64,000 nucleotides of DNA, from positions 72,542,001-72,606,000 of the forward strand of contig NC_086097.1 of NCBI RefSeq assembly GCF_963921235.1, in the 5' to 3' direction. Below are positions 25,509 to 39,154 of this stretch, piece after piece. The position numbers and the translations under genes are program-made. Below the pieces are notes generated by a model. It ran no database searches, was not told where the DNA came from, and saw nothing but the letters and a program-made list of their open reading frames with translations. This stretch comes from Mobula hypostoma. Its lineage: Eukaryota. Position 1 is the first letter of the stretch, and each line of letters opens with the position of its first letter.

Positions 25509-26005
25509 GGTATAGAGAACATTGTGCAGCCACGCTGGGAAGGAGGCCTTTCCTGGACTTGAATATTTTGTAACAGGTACATATGTTAATAACTAGCTTT
25601 AGATTAGACTGGAGTGCTAATTCCACAGCAAAAGTATGATGCTGCTTATTATAGAACTTCCTGTCTACAGTATTGTGGGCTTTTGCTTTAACTGATTGAC
25701 TGTCTCTGGTAAGAGCAGAAAATATATCCTTGTCTCTGTGCCTTTTTGTTTCCAGATTTCCCTTCACTAACCATTTTGCCTTTTTGTCAGAAATAACATA
25801 TCTGCTTTCTCAACTGAATGTAGCACAAAGGCAAAGGCTTTCTAAATTAGATTAATCATTCTTCCCGTTGTGCATCATGATTTAACGTGTTGTGTCCCTG
25901 CTGAGCATGTTCAAAAGCTCTAGTGTTAAAGATGACTTCATCAATATTTGGTCATGTTGTTTGAAAAAGAGGTAAGACCAATTATGTTTTGTTGATAGGA
26001 TATTT

Positions 26006-26030
26006 TGTGTGTGTGTGTGTGTGTGTGTGT
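26006..26030 (+). repeat. (TG)12 microsatellite
   Basis: Uninterrupted TG run. Confidence 0.95.
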
Positions 26031-26199
26031 TTCAAACATAAATGAGAGTCACTGCAATTTTGTAATTTATAGAGCTGTTATACTAGTAGAGTACAATGTT
26101 TAAGGTGCATTTTGTTGTTGGAACTGAACTAAAGACCAGAAAGGGTCTTCTCCCTCAGAACAATTAAGATTTTAAGGAGCTGAAAGTAAGAAGCAGTCA

Positions 26200-27250
26200 A
26201 TGGAACAGAGATACCTGAGATCCTTAAGAAGCAGGTTGTTGCTCAAGATTTTAATGTTCAAGACTTCGGCTTTGGAGTGTACACACTCCAACCAGAAAAC
26301 ATGATATAATACAGAAAATACCCAGATTCATTCTGTATTGCAGAGATATTTGGACATAAAAGATTGTTAAATGCATTCAAGAATTGTTTTGAGACAATAT
26401 AATCCGACCAAAGATGGGGTAGTGCTCAACCTTTTTCTTAGAAAATGAAACTAGGCAGTGCCAGTGGTGGAACCATTTGCAAACAGTGACAATAGTTCTG
26501 TAAGTTTCAAAGATACAGTTGGTCTTCACAATAAAGTCTTAAATTGGGGAAAGGCCATTTTCAATACTGCAAGAGAGGGTCAAGTAGATTTGGAGCAGGT
26601 AATTAAGAGTAAAATGGCTGAGATGAATAATCATTAATAAAGAGCTAGCAAGAGTTCAGAGTCAGCATGTTTTAGCAAAGGTTAGGAAGGTGATGTAAGT
26701 TAAGAAGTCTAATAGGGATAGGATATATTTAGTAACTGGTAGGACACTGAGAATGTTGATGAACAGAGAGACCTTGGAATCTAAGTCTTTATTTCCCTGA
26801 AACACATCCTAGTTTGGGGCATGGGATATAAAAATTGGGAGATTATGTTGCGGCTTAACAGAATTCTAGTTAGATTGCATTTTGTGAATCATGAACTATC
26901 CTGCTCAATGCATTCTAACAAGCATTTGGATATGCTGACGAAAATGCGGAGGAGTTTCATCAGACTGTTTCCTGGATTCGACGACCTGAGTTACAGAGAG
27001 AGATTGGATAAATTGGGCTTGTTTTCTCTGGAGCAAAGGAAGTTGAAGAATAACCTTGAAGAAGTATATGAAATTATGATAGGGTATAAAATCAGAATCT
27101 TTATTTCCCATGGTAGGGTTATCAAAAACAAGAGGGACTAGCTTTAAGATATGAGGAAAGTGTTCTGAAGAGGAATTAAGGGGTAAATTATATTGTGCAG
27201 CTAATGGTTGTTATCTACAACCTGCTGCTAGAGGAGGTAATGGAATTAGG
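26200..27250 (+). mobile_element. Old, internally deleted CR1 fragment
   Basis: LSYRERLDKLGLFSLEQRKLKNNLEEVYEIM RT C-terminus; endonuclease-like remnants upstream. Confidence 0.7.
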
Positions 27251-30200
27251 TGCAAAGTTGAAAGTAAATTTATTATCGAAGTATGTATGCCATATACAAC
27301 CTTGAGATACATCTCTTGCAGGCAGCCACAAAACAATGAATCACCATAGAATCCATGAGAAACCACACACAACAAAGGCTGACAAGCATGCAATGTGTAT
27401 GAACTACAAAATCCCCAAAATTGTCCACAACTGCAGAAGCAATCTCTACATTTAAGAGATTTTAAGAATAGGCATTTCATAGAAGAGTACAGACCTAAAT
27501 GTGGGCAAGTGGTATTAATATAGATGGACTAAAAGGCCAGCATGGATGTGGTGGGCCAAAAAGCCTATTTCTGTGATGTACAACTGATGACTGTAGAAAG
27601 TATAAGTTCCAGCTGTGCACTAGATAGGAATGAATTGCTGAAATAAAATATTTTAATGAAGTAGCGTAATGAAAGCCTTGCATTACATTGTCTCATTGCT
27701 GCAGAGTACATGAAGAAGTTTGAAATAAAATTGAAATTTCTTCCCTTCTTATCAGGTTTGGCTTATAAATTGATGACTGCAGTGACTCGTGCCTCTTCAC
27801 CATTTTTTTTTATCTTAGTCTAGTTCTACCTTCTTGTGCATTTGTGATTTTATTCATGCCCCCATTGACTGCTGCATCTTCAGCTACTTTAGCCCTAATA
27901 GCTAGATTTCTTTTATTAAATCTTTCGTGGTCTGTAGTTGCTCTTCTTTAAAAATGATCTTTGCCAATGAGTTTTTTGCCAACTCTCAAAAAAGAGCTTC
28001 TTTTGTGCCTAATTGAAGAATTTTCTGTAATAATGCTCCTGAAGAACATTACCTATTGACCTATTTTTTTTTAACCATAATAGTGCTTTGTATAAAAGGC
28101 CTCTTGCTCAAACTTACTTGTTACCTCCCACTCACAAACCAGCATTAAACTGAATATAGTACAGCCTTTTTACAGAAAATTGTTCATTCGGGTTTCTGTG
28201 CACCTTTCACAAAATGGTTTTGCTTTCTGAAGCACCTGTCCATGACCTAACTGACACATAACCTTGTTCTTGTTATCAAATTATGTAATTTCTGATTATC
28301 GTTACTTCAAACAATGTAGACTTAATCATGATGTTTAATCTTTACTCTATGGTTATGGATAATAACTACAGAATATTATTTCTATTTAGATTTGATGTGA
28401 ATTATTTTTAATTAATCAAGTGTGTAAACTGTATAAAACATTTTAGCGACTACTCACTGGCGTAACTGACCAAGTCTGTTTTTCTTATGCATTGCAATTT
28501 GTTTTCTTGATGTGAATATCATTAAGAACAAAGATTATACAATGTTATACAAAGTTATTCTTTCAGTTTATCACAGTGGAAAATACATTCTGTTTCTACA
28601 ACTGTATCATTATGCTACCTCTTTCTTCCTTGGTTTCAAATACTGTCAAGGTCAAGGATTAATTGTACATTGTTCTCTGAAGCAACACATGATGGAACAA
28701 TAGCTGGACTCCATTTGAAAAACTCAGTCCAAGTGAACTGATAACATTATTTATCATCACCTAATGCATACAAATAGGTCTAGATATATGAAAGTTTAAA
28801 CAACTAATGTGCAAAAAGCAGATTAACATATTGTGTGTAGAACCTCTGTTCCATGCATTTAATTTTGCACGAATTAAAACTAATTGCCAGTACTGAAGAA
28901 ATTGAATTTGTAGAAACGTTGAGGCCACTGGACGCCACAATGAAATCATTAGTGGAAAAGTAATAGATGCTCTGGTGTCTGTCACTCACCACATCCTGCA
29001 CTTAGAGCAGCTCTACTTACTTTCCTAGCAATGTCACTTGCAAAAACGTTGGCTGCTCATTTCAGTTTGTTGTTTTATGTGGAAGATTAATAAGTGACAT
29101 TAGCACACTTGTATTAATGAAAGTTTATTGCTTCACAATTTTATGATGAATTGGTATCAGACACAGGAGTCTTACTGTCATTTTCTTTGGAAATTCCAGT
29201 ACCTCTATTGCCCCTCCTCATTTTAAAACTGCCGTGTAGTTGCCATCATGATGTCGTGGTGGTTTGAAGAGACAGGGTCTGCTTTTAAGTTCATTATTCT
29301 GTGATAAATAACATGCCTGACATTTGTTTGTAAGAGGAACAGTGATTAACATTCACATCAGTGTGTTGATAATCCATTTGCAGCACAGCAGTAAATTGGA
29401 AAAGGTTGCAGAGAGGTAATCTCTGACCTGTCGACATACTTTATAGGTAAACAGCATAGTGAGATTAGCCGACATGAGCAATTTATCACTATTGTGTGTT
29501 GACCAAGATTAGGTTTATCTGGAGAAAAACTGAGACTGGAAGCATAATGTACGCAATCTTAGAGTTAATAAGATCCACAATAGGGTTGGCTTGCTGCCTT
29601 GGAAACAAATTGATTTTTGTTTTTTCCATTATCACTTTAAGGGCATTGCAGAGAGAAAACAATTTTTAGTCTTGAGTGTGGGGAAAAAATGGTTGACAAC
29701 ACACAAACCTAAATTATTGGACATTTATTACTAACAATGGCTTAGCCAAAAATAAAAAGCTGATCAGTTTTTGTTAGTTGGGTAAATCCAAACAGTTGCA
29801 TTCTTTGTTGCTTTCTTTCATTGACAGCAAAGTTATTAACTTCTAATTGAACTGATGTCAAAAGAAATCATCTTCAATTTAGCAAAGTTTTGGTCCGAGT
29901 TTATGTAAAAAGATTGAACTGCTTTGATCCTTTTTTAATTTGGATTCGTCTAACAAATGGCTCTGACATTCCAGGAGACCAGGATAATTTTAATAGCACA
30001 TCCATCTCATGGCAACCTTTGAATGGCACAAAATCTAAAGGGAATTATGGATTGACTTTTAAATTCCATTCTATATTTTCTTGGGAAATTTGCACAGTTG
30101 AACCTTTATATTTGCTTAAAAAAAGATGAGGAAAAAAATTACTGCAGCTTCCTCCTCTGTTGCGATCAATGATAATCTTTATTTTTTTGCATTTAACCAG

Positions 30201-32267
30201 GCTTCATTTCATTTATCCACTCGTACTGAAGGGTAATGGCTGAGTGCTTTGGCAGCAACATGATTTATTGCTCCAAGATTAGGTTTAAACTCCCACTTGT
30301 TAAAAATAAATTACAGTTGCAAAGATTAAACTACTGTGATCTTTGAATATCTACTTAATGCACCTGGGATCTTCAACTTCAGTGTTACTGCACCTTATGT
30401 GCAGAACCCAATCAATTTATGAAATCGCTTTGAGACAGTAATTGATTTTCCATAGTGCCTAACTTGACTAAGACCATGAACACATAAACATTCTGTTAAC
30501 TTTAATTTGCTTATTAATCCCTACTGTTTTAAAACATATTCTGCATCTGGACATGTTTGATTTTTGTGTCATCAGGTGACCATTTCTACATAAAATTTTC
30601 AGTATTGTTACTCTAAAATTATTTTTATTTGAGCTGCTGCCAAGCAACTTGTATTCACTGAATATTCAGCTATACTACTGAAGTGAACATTTTCACATCT
30701 TCCCTCAACACAATACCAGATTCACTTTACCTTGCATTCTAATGTTGGATATCTGCATGCTATTTATCTTGGTGGCATCTTAACTCTCAACCAGAGTTTG
30801 GGAATTAGAGCCCCAAACTTAATGAGCCTTCCCTGTAACAGAGCATCTCATATTTATATTTAGACTCCTGGTCATTCACATTCTCCACTCACTAGAGGGA
30901 AATATTGCTTTTCCCATTCTAATTGATGTATTTTCACAATGCTTCCACCCCAATACCCATCCCAACCCAAAACATTCCTGCATCCAACATCTGGGGATGC
31001 AGCTCGTGCTTACTTTTGTAGAGGTTCAATATGAGCAGACACTTTCTGAGCCTCCTGCTTCATAATGAAGGATAGGATCAGACAAGAAAAAATTCTACCA
31101 TTTTCAAACAGGACTATTAGGATAAGGTCAGATTCCTAGGGGTGGGCTGAGATTGTATTCATTTGAAGAAACTCGAAGTTAAGCTATTTGTGTCTGATTA
31201 TTAAAGAAGCTAGGTCTGGTTCTGTGCACTATTTTATACTAGTAATGCTCTTCTGAGAGCAAAGGGCTTTATTTTTCCTATGTGGGGCACAGAGGCCTCC
31301 CTCACCATTGTCACAAGGAAACAGAGGGGTTCTTAAAACCAGGAATGTAGACTTTCCAGTGAGGATAAATCATCAACTTCTATCCTAATGAAATTATATT
31401 TTAATCTCTTAACCTTCAGAGAAAGAAAGCCCTTCCTACTCTGTCTCCCTTCATAGAACGAAGTTCTCATTTAAAGGAAAAAGTCTGGTGAAACATATGA
31501 TCTTTCAGGGATGAATATTGTTGTTTTTGTAAGGAGATTTATACTCTATAATGTTCCCTGTGTGTGCTTTCACTAAACCCTAACTAAATTACCTGTGACA
31601 ACCCCACCCCCTACATAGCCCACATCCTACCCCTTTAGCATGCAGTCTTGCATATGGTTTAGGATCACAGTGGCCTTGTAAGCTTTCTTTGATTCATTTA
31701 TAAAGCTACGTAAATTACTCCACATGCCATCATTCATAAAGTCATACAGCAGAGAAATGAGCTGCTCAGCCCACCAAGTCTGCACAGACCATCAAACACC
31801 TATTTACATAAAGCTCATCTGTTTAAAATTCAATCCAATTTCCCATCAACTCCTCCCAGATTATACTTCTCACCCACACACTAGAAGCATTTTGTTTTAA
31901 ATGTGGCCAGTTAACCTATCACCCTGCAGATCTGTGGAGTGTGAGAGGAAATTGAAGTATCTGGAGAAGCATATGCTGTCATGCAACATGGAAACAGGCC
32001 TTCAGCTTGCTGAGTCAGCATCATCATCAGGGACCTATTGACACTAAATTTACTTATCGCCACATTCCCAGCAACTTGCCCAGGTGATGTTACTCATCTG
32101 CACACTAGGAGCAAATTATAGAAGTCAAGTAACCTGTCTGCCAGCATATCCTTGGGATATGAGAGGAAACCAGAGCACCTAGAGGAAACCTACACGATCA
32201 CAGGGAAAACATGAAAACTTCTGGGCCTAAAGTTCCAATATCTGTTGCTGTAAAAGAGCACTACAGA

Positions 32268-32550
32268 AGTGTAGTGGTTAGCATGGTGCTATTACAGCTG
32301 AGTGTCGGAGCTTCGGAGCTTAATTCCGGCAGTCTCTGCAGGGAGTTTGCATGTTCTCCCCATGATCACCTGGGTTTCCTCAAGCTGCTCCGGTTTCCTC
32401 CCACCGTCCAAAGGTGTACTGGTTAGTAGTTTAATTGGTCATTGTAAATTGTCCCGTAATTAGGCTAGGGTTAAATAGGTGAGTTGCTGGGTGGTGTGGC
32501 TCATTGGGCTGGAAAGGCCTGTTCTGTGTTGTATCTCTACATAAACATAA
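32268..32550 (+). mobile_element. tRNA-derived SINE (V-SINE/HE1-like); older antisense SINE-like remnants precede it at about 31740-32210
   Basis: GTAGTGGTTAGC head, GGGAGTTTGCATGTTCTCCCC..GGGTTTCCTC..CTCCGGTTTCCTCCCAC domain and the shared 3' block. Confidence 0.8.
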
Positions 32551-32834
32551 TTAATTAAAAATCTTGCTGTAGAAACATTTCCTTGATGCTTTGTGGAGAG
32601 CACACAACCTACTTGTACTTGTTTAGGTGATGAGAAATTTTCAGTCAATAGGTAGGAGAAAGCAGCCTAGATTAGGAATACATAGAGCAATATCATATTC
32701 TTGCCAAATCAGACTTCCCCAAACTGGTGCTCTTACCTTAGCACATCTCATTCACTGTATCACCCCTCATTCACTGTATCACCCCTAACGCCCTTTCCAA
32801 ATTCATGCTATCCATCAATCCATTGTAACATGGG

Positions 32835-34240
32835 GGCAGAATCAAAAATGGTGATGAATACAGAGCTGAAGTTGTTTGAATGCATGCAGTAGACAGAATA
32901 AGGTAGATAATCTTGTAACACAGTTAAAGATTGGCAGGTATGACATTGTGGGCATCACTGAGTCAGGACTGAAAGAAAATCATAAGTGGGAGCTTAACGT
33001 CAAAGAATATATATTGTGTAAAAAGCACAGGCAGGTCGGTGGGTGGGAGGGTGGCTCTGTTGGTAAAAGAAAAGAAATCAAATCCTTAGAAAGAGGTGAC
33101 ATAGAATCGGAAGATGTAGAATCCTTGTGGGTAGATTTATGAAACTACAAGGCTAAAAATACCCTTATGGGAGTTATGCAGGCCTCTGAACAGTAGCTGA
33201 AATGTAGGATACAAATTATAATGGGAGATAGAAAAGGCAAGTAAAAAGAGCAATGTTACATATGGTCTCGGGCAATTTCAATATGCAGGTAGATTGGGAA
33301 AATCTAGTTGGTGCTGGATCACAAGAAAAGGAATTTCTGGAATGCCTTCAAGATGCTTTTCAGAGCAGCTTGTGATTGGGTCCAGTAAGGGGATGGAAAT
33401 TCTGAATTGGGTGTTGTGTAATGAACCAGATGTAATTAGGGAGCTTAAGGTAAAGGAACCCTTTGGAGATGGTGATTTTGGACCACTTCTTTTCATGTTA
33501 TATTGCAACGAATTGGATAATGGAATTGATGGCTTTGTAGCCAAGTTTGTGGATGATATGAAAATAGGTGGAAGGGCACGTTGAGTCATTGGTGATCAAG
33601 GAAAATGCAATATTAGCATTTATTTGTAGAGGGATAGAATATAAGAGCAAGGATGTAATGCTAAGGCATTAATCAGACCCCACTTGGGAGTATTGTGAGC
33701 AGTTTTAGGCCCCTTATCTAAGAAGATATGTGCTGCCATTTGAGAGGGTACAGAGGAGGTTCATGACAATGATCCCAGGAATGAAAGGGTTAACATATGA
33801 GGAGCATTTGATGGCTTTACACCTGTACATGCTGGAGTTTAGAAGAATGGGTGGGGATCTCATTGAAACTTATCGAATATTGAAAGGCCTAGATAAATTG
33901 AATGTGTAGAAGACGTTTCTTGATAGTGGGTGAGTGTAGGGCCAGTGGGCTCAGCCTCAGAATAGAGGGACATCCATTAGAACAGAGATGAGGGGGAATG
34001 TCTTTAGCCAGAGGGTAGTGAATCTGTGGAATTCATTGCCATGGATGGCTGTGGAAGCCAAGTCACTGAGTATATTTAAAGCAGAAGTTGCTAGATTCTT
34101 GATTAGTCAGAGTGACAAAGGTTACGGAGAGAAGGTAGGAGAATGGGATTGAGGGAGATAATAAATCAGACATGATGGATTGGTGGAGGAGACTCAACGG
34201 GCCTAATAGTCCAATTCTTCTCCAAATTCTTCTGTTCTTT
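32835..34240 (+). mobile_element. Decayed CR1 with a large internal deletion joining endonuclease to RT
   Basis: YDIVGITESGL endonuclease motif; the 33294-33584 ORF fuses ..VKEPFGDGD to GPLLFMLY..VAKFVDDMKIGG; CR1 3' end follows. Confidence 0.8.
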
Positions 34241-35732
34241 GTCCAGCTCTCATTTTCTAGCCTGAATCTTCAGTTCAACCTCTTCTCCATTATCAAATCA
34301 TTTACTTCTATTTCCCGGCTCTTCTAATCTCTACATTTGCCACAGTTTATCTGCATCCACCCCCCTTAGGCATCGTTTCACCCTTTATGTTTGATTATTT
34401 CAATGCTTTCCTGTCCAAGATCTCATTCTGCATGGAGTTCAGATTATTCTGTCACCCATAATTTATCCCCCAGCAATGTATCACCCTCCGCTCCCATGCC
34501 AATCAACCTACACCTGCTCCTGCACAACCTACATTTCCATTTGAAAATTCTCTTCCTTTGTTCAAATCTACATGCCACCATTTCTTCCTGATTTTATTAC
34601 TTCCCTTTGTCAAAAAAGAAATTACAACTAAGTTTAGAATCTGCTCTGTAGAAAGAATTTGACCGGTTTCTTTATCATTATGTTACAATGAAATGTTGGA
34701 AAATGACCAGGTTTTGATAAAAAATTGATCATGAAAGAACCCTGCCTTTTAAATCTGTAGAGAATAAAGCTGTGTGGTTCTGCACATTTTACTTATACAT
34801 TAGATACTAAAGGGGCAAAATTGAATAAGGTGGTGCCAGTTTTTGGGAACTACATATATCATCTTTTGGAAAACAGAAGTGATATTCGGAGCCCGTGTGA
34901 ACATTGTCAGACAACTTGTGTTGGGCAGTGTGCAAGAGAGAATTGGCTTGGGTGCTGCGTGCCCATCAGATGTACAGTACAGTATACAACTATAGAAAGC
35001 CCATGATGTGCATCATTATGCAAACACAAACTAATTTGACAGTGCTCTGCAATTTGGGGCCAGAAAATTTCAGCAAGTGTACTGGCTTAAATACATGTGG
35101 GGGGAAAATTAGCGAGTACTAGAACAAACTTTCTACATCACCATACCTTCTGACCTCTCCATTATATCATTTAAATGAATCTTTAATTATTTACATGTTA
35201 ATTTCTTATGGTTTACTAGCTGCTGTAGTTCTACATTTGTTAATGCTTTCTAGGTTTGCTTCAAGTTCAGAGCTCAGCATGAAGTGGTCCACCTAGTATT
35301 GATTTACATTAATGTGCAGCGTTCTGCACAAACCAATTGTTCCCCGAGATTATTATATTCCCTTAAAATGAATGGAGTCATTGCAGTGTTGGACAAACAG
35401 GAAAGACTGAGAGTGAGGATGCACAGTAAATGTTTATATCCATCCAGATGCCAGTTCTTCCTGAATGTCAGCAAGGAGCACTGTGTGAGATGTCTACACT
35501 TTAAAAAAGATATCCATCTGTGAAATGTGCTGTCACTGTAGTTGCATCTACGGCCTTGGATCAGTGTCAGTGATTGGCTTTTTCTACATGTTTACAGCAG
35601 TTCAGGTTTATTATAAACACTTATATTCAAAAAGAGATGACCAGTTTTCCTTCTTTCTAACTGGGACTGCAGACATCCACTTCATATGAGGTCACATTAA
35701 ATTTATACATGCAATCTTGTGGGTGTGATGTT

Positions 35733-35942
35733 TCAACTCAATTCCTTTGGTGATCTTCTGGTGGTTGACCATAGTCAGTGACCATGGTAACCAATTCCAG
35801 CTCCCACACAGTTGTTAAATTATCTTTATTCTGAGTTTGACCCTCCTAGGGATAGCTACTGCAATATGAATAATATTTCTGATGGGTATTCCACACCAGT
35901 AGATCATGTGTACATATGCCAAAGTCCCACTGAATATTAATT
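35733..35942 (+). repeat. Copy 1 of a diverged direct repeat of about 210 bp
   Basis: Aligns by eye to 36811-37027 (GACCATAGTCA.TGACCATG, TTGACCCTCC.AGGGATAG, TGATGGG.ATTCCA.ACCAGTAGA.CATGTG, CCACTGAATATT). Confidence 0.85.
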
Positions 35943-36699
35943 TGGCAGACTGTTGGAATGCTGGGAGGGTGTATATGGTGCTTCATCTGCTCTGTAGGAG
36001 CTTTATTTGGTGTCAGTATTCATAGTAGTCTACTACATACATCAGAAGATTATAGCCAATACACCACCTCCCCGGTGTGCAGGTAGAAGGGAAAAGGAAA
36101 GGTAAAGCCAATTTAGATGGACACTGTCTGCCTGGGTTGTCCTTTAAGAATTCAATCTAAAGGCAATAAACTTAGCTTCAATTACTCATTGAATACCACC
36201 TATCTTTATACCCGCCTTATCTTTACTGTTCTGACCATTAGAGTGCATAAGTGCAAAAGCCACCACACAATAAACATCTCAAAACAAAATTGATAAATAA
36301 AGTCCTGCTATTTTCCATAGTAGCACATTTGTAGGTTCACTTCTTGCTCCCATTTTGCATGGCTTTGATGGCGCAGTCTGACCATGTTTGCAATGGAGGA
36401 GTGTGACTGGTGAAAAGCTGCTAACTTTCAGAGCAGAAGGAAATGAAGGATTACACACCAGCTCCAGGCCTTAGAGCCCTTGCTGCAAAATGGCTTGGGT
36501 GAAAACACTCATTGACATTTGGCTAACTGTCAACAGTTCTGGCAGGATGGCAAGATGAGTACCAAGAGTAGACTAGCTGTGTGCTCTGTGGAGACACCTA
36601 GTTAGATGACAGATTGCTGAACTGCACTGATATCTCACAAGTCTCCATGCACTCTGTAATCTATCGTAAGTATGGCAGCAATTTAACCTTCCATACCAA

Positions 36700-38062
36700 A
36701 ACCTGTGCATTGACTACAGTTCTGTCTTCAATACTATAATACCAAGCAAGCTCATCACCAAACTCTGAGAACTTCTTCTGTAACTAATAGAGTTCTGTAG
36801 ATAAGATATATCATCTCTATTCCTTGGTGGCCTTCTGGTAGGTGACCATAGTCAATGACCATGCCGACCAATGCTTGACTCCCTCACAGCTGTTAAAATT
36901 ATTTCCATTGTGAGCTTGACCCTCCAAGGGATAGTTATTGTGACATGGCTAATAATTTTGATGGGCATTCCATACCAGTAGACCATGTGCACACAGTAAC
37001 AGCCCAAGTACCACTGAATATTGATTCATCAACACCCTCCTCTGCAACAGGATCCTTGACTTCTTGACCTGCAAACCCCATTCAGTAAGGATGGGCACCA
37101 CAATTATTCCACACACTGGTGCTCCACAAGACTGTACCCTCAGCCCCCCACTGTACTCCCTGTACACTCATGACTGCATAGTCAGATTCTGCTCTAATTC
37201 CATCTACAAGTTTGCAGATGATACCACCATAGTGGGCTATTTCTCAAGTAATAATGAATTGGCAAACAGAAAGGAGATAGAGGGCTTAGTAACATGACAA
37301 CAGCATTTTGCTCAACACCAACAAAAGAAGAGAACTGATCATTGACTTCAGGAAAGGAGGCAGTCCATATGCTTCTATCTTCATCAATGCTGCTAAGCTT
37401 CCTAGGAGTGAACATAACCAATAGCCTCTCCTAGTCCAACCACGTTGATACTGTAGCCAAGAAAGCTCACCAACATCTCTAATTCCTAAGGCGTCTAAAG
37501 AGATTTGGTGTGTCCCAGTCGACCCTTAACAATTTTTATCAATGCACTATAGAAAGTATTCTATCTGAATGCATCACAACTTCGTACAGCAACTGTACCA
37601 TCCATGACTGCAAGAAACTAATGAATGTTGTGAACACAGTTCAGCACATCATACAAACTAGCTTTCCCCTCCATGGACACTGTCTAAACTTCTCTCTCCC
37701 TTAGTAAAATGGCCAGCATGACTAAGGAGTTATTCTCTTTTATCCCCTCCCATCAGACAAAAGAAACAAAAACCTGAAAGCACATACCACCAGACTCAAG
37801 GGCACCTTCTGCCATGCTGTTATGAGACTACTGAATAACTTTGTCATATGATAACAAGGATGATTGACCTCAAAGTGTACCTTGTTACGACATTGCACCT
37901 TCTTTATAGCTGTTGCATCTTATCCTGCATTATTGTTCTATCTCAGTGCACTGACACATTGATCTGGGTGAACAGTATACAAGGCAAACTTTTCATTGTA
38001 TCTCAGCATATTCCATAACATGCTGTACTTTGGCACATGTGACAATAATAAATTAATTCTGA
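36700..38062 (+). mobile_element. Rex1-like LINE RT and 3' fragment, interrupted at about 36775-37027
   Basis: IDYSSVFNTIIPSKLITKL, then TGAPQDCTLSPPLYSLYTHDC..IYKFADDTTIVG and FYQCTIESILSECIT; tail ATTCTGATTCCAGTTTCCAG. Confidence 0.85.
36811..37027 (+). repeat. Copy 2 of the 210-bp direct repeat, lying inside the Rex1 RT
   Basis: See 35733-35942. Confidence 0.85.
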
Positions 38063-38597
38063 TTCCAGTTTCCAGTTTTAGTGGAAGCTGTGACATCAGC
38101 CCTAAAATTGCAAAATCACGGTGGAATTTGTGTGTCTGAATGGAACTGACCACTATTTAACTACTGGGAACCCTATGCAACAAGTTGATGATAGATTCCT
38201 GTATGCTCTTTGATATTGGTCAACTTCCCAAAGCTCCACATACTTCTTATTGTTTTTCTTTTGGATGTGCCTTGCTACTTGATCAAACTTCCATATTATT
38301 TTTTTCTCTCCCTGCTTTAACCAAAAGCTACACATAGTCAGTCTCTCTCCAAAGTAAATCACATCTCTGTACTAATTCTGAGGAATTTCAGTACTAGAGC
38401 TGATGCTGGCTGCAAGAGTGAAATAAAGCTATTCCCTTACTTGTACAGCCTAACTAGGCTACATTCTTGGGTATTTGAAATGAAAGGGACACAGGGGTCT
38501 GCCTTGCCTCCTGATTACTAGCTGCTTTGCCTGGTTGTGCATCACTTTCTCCCACAGAAGGAAATGTTTTAGTGAGTATCAAGCATTGTGTTTGAGT

Positions 38598-38735
38598 AAC
38601 ACACGAAATGCTGGAGGAACTTAGCAGGTCAGGCAGCATCTCTGGAAATGGATAAACAGTTGATGTTTCGAGCCAAACCCCTTCATTAGGACTCACTGTA
38701 TCTGTGTGTTTTTCAGCATCTGCAGTTTTCAAAAC
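38598..38735 (-). mobile_element. PLE terminal fragment with degenerate hammerhead (38657-38693)
   Basis: Reverse complement AGTC-CTAATGA-AGGGGTTTGGCTC-GAAA-CATC-AACTG followed by the shared GATGCTGCCTGACCTGCT..TTCCTCCAGCA block; a short sense CAGCATCTGCAG terminus follows. Confidence 0.75.
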
Positions 38736-39154
38736 TCTGCAGGCTGTGATATCTGCATGTCAGGACAAACTTAAAGACACATTTGTGACCTTGACTATCC
38801 AAGCAAGGTCATTCAGTGTCTGCTGCCTTAATTCCATGTCATTAGGGAGCAGCCCCTAACATTTACCTACATGCCTATCTGCTGCGATTATCTTTTGAGC
38901 TTCAATATGGATGACCTCCTGAACACCTATGACTATTGGGAACCTGCTAGTTTCTGCTACTTGCACCAAGTACTGCAATGCAGCGTTGACAAATCACAGA
39001 ACCTACTCTTTCATATATTATAATATTTTTCACTATTTCTTGGAAGTTTTTAAAGAATTCTGAAACCAAACAGAGTCTGCTGATGCCTTAGTGCACCACC
39101 CCTTTAAGAGTTACAAGCAGGCCTTAACTACTGGTTATATCTCATAATATAACC

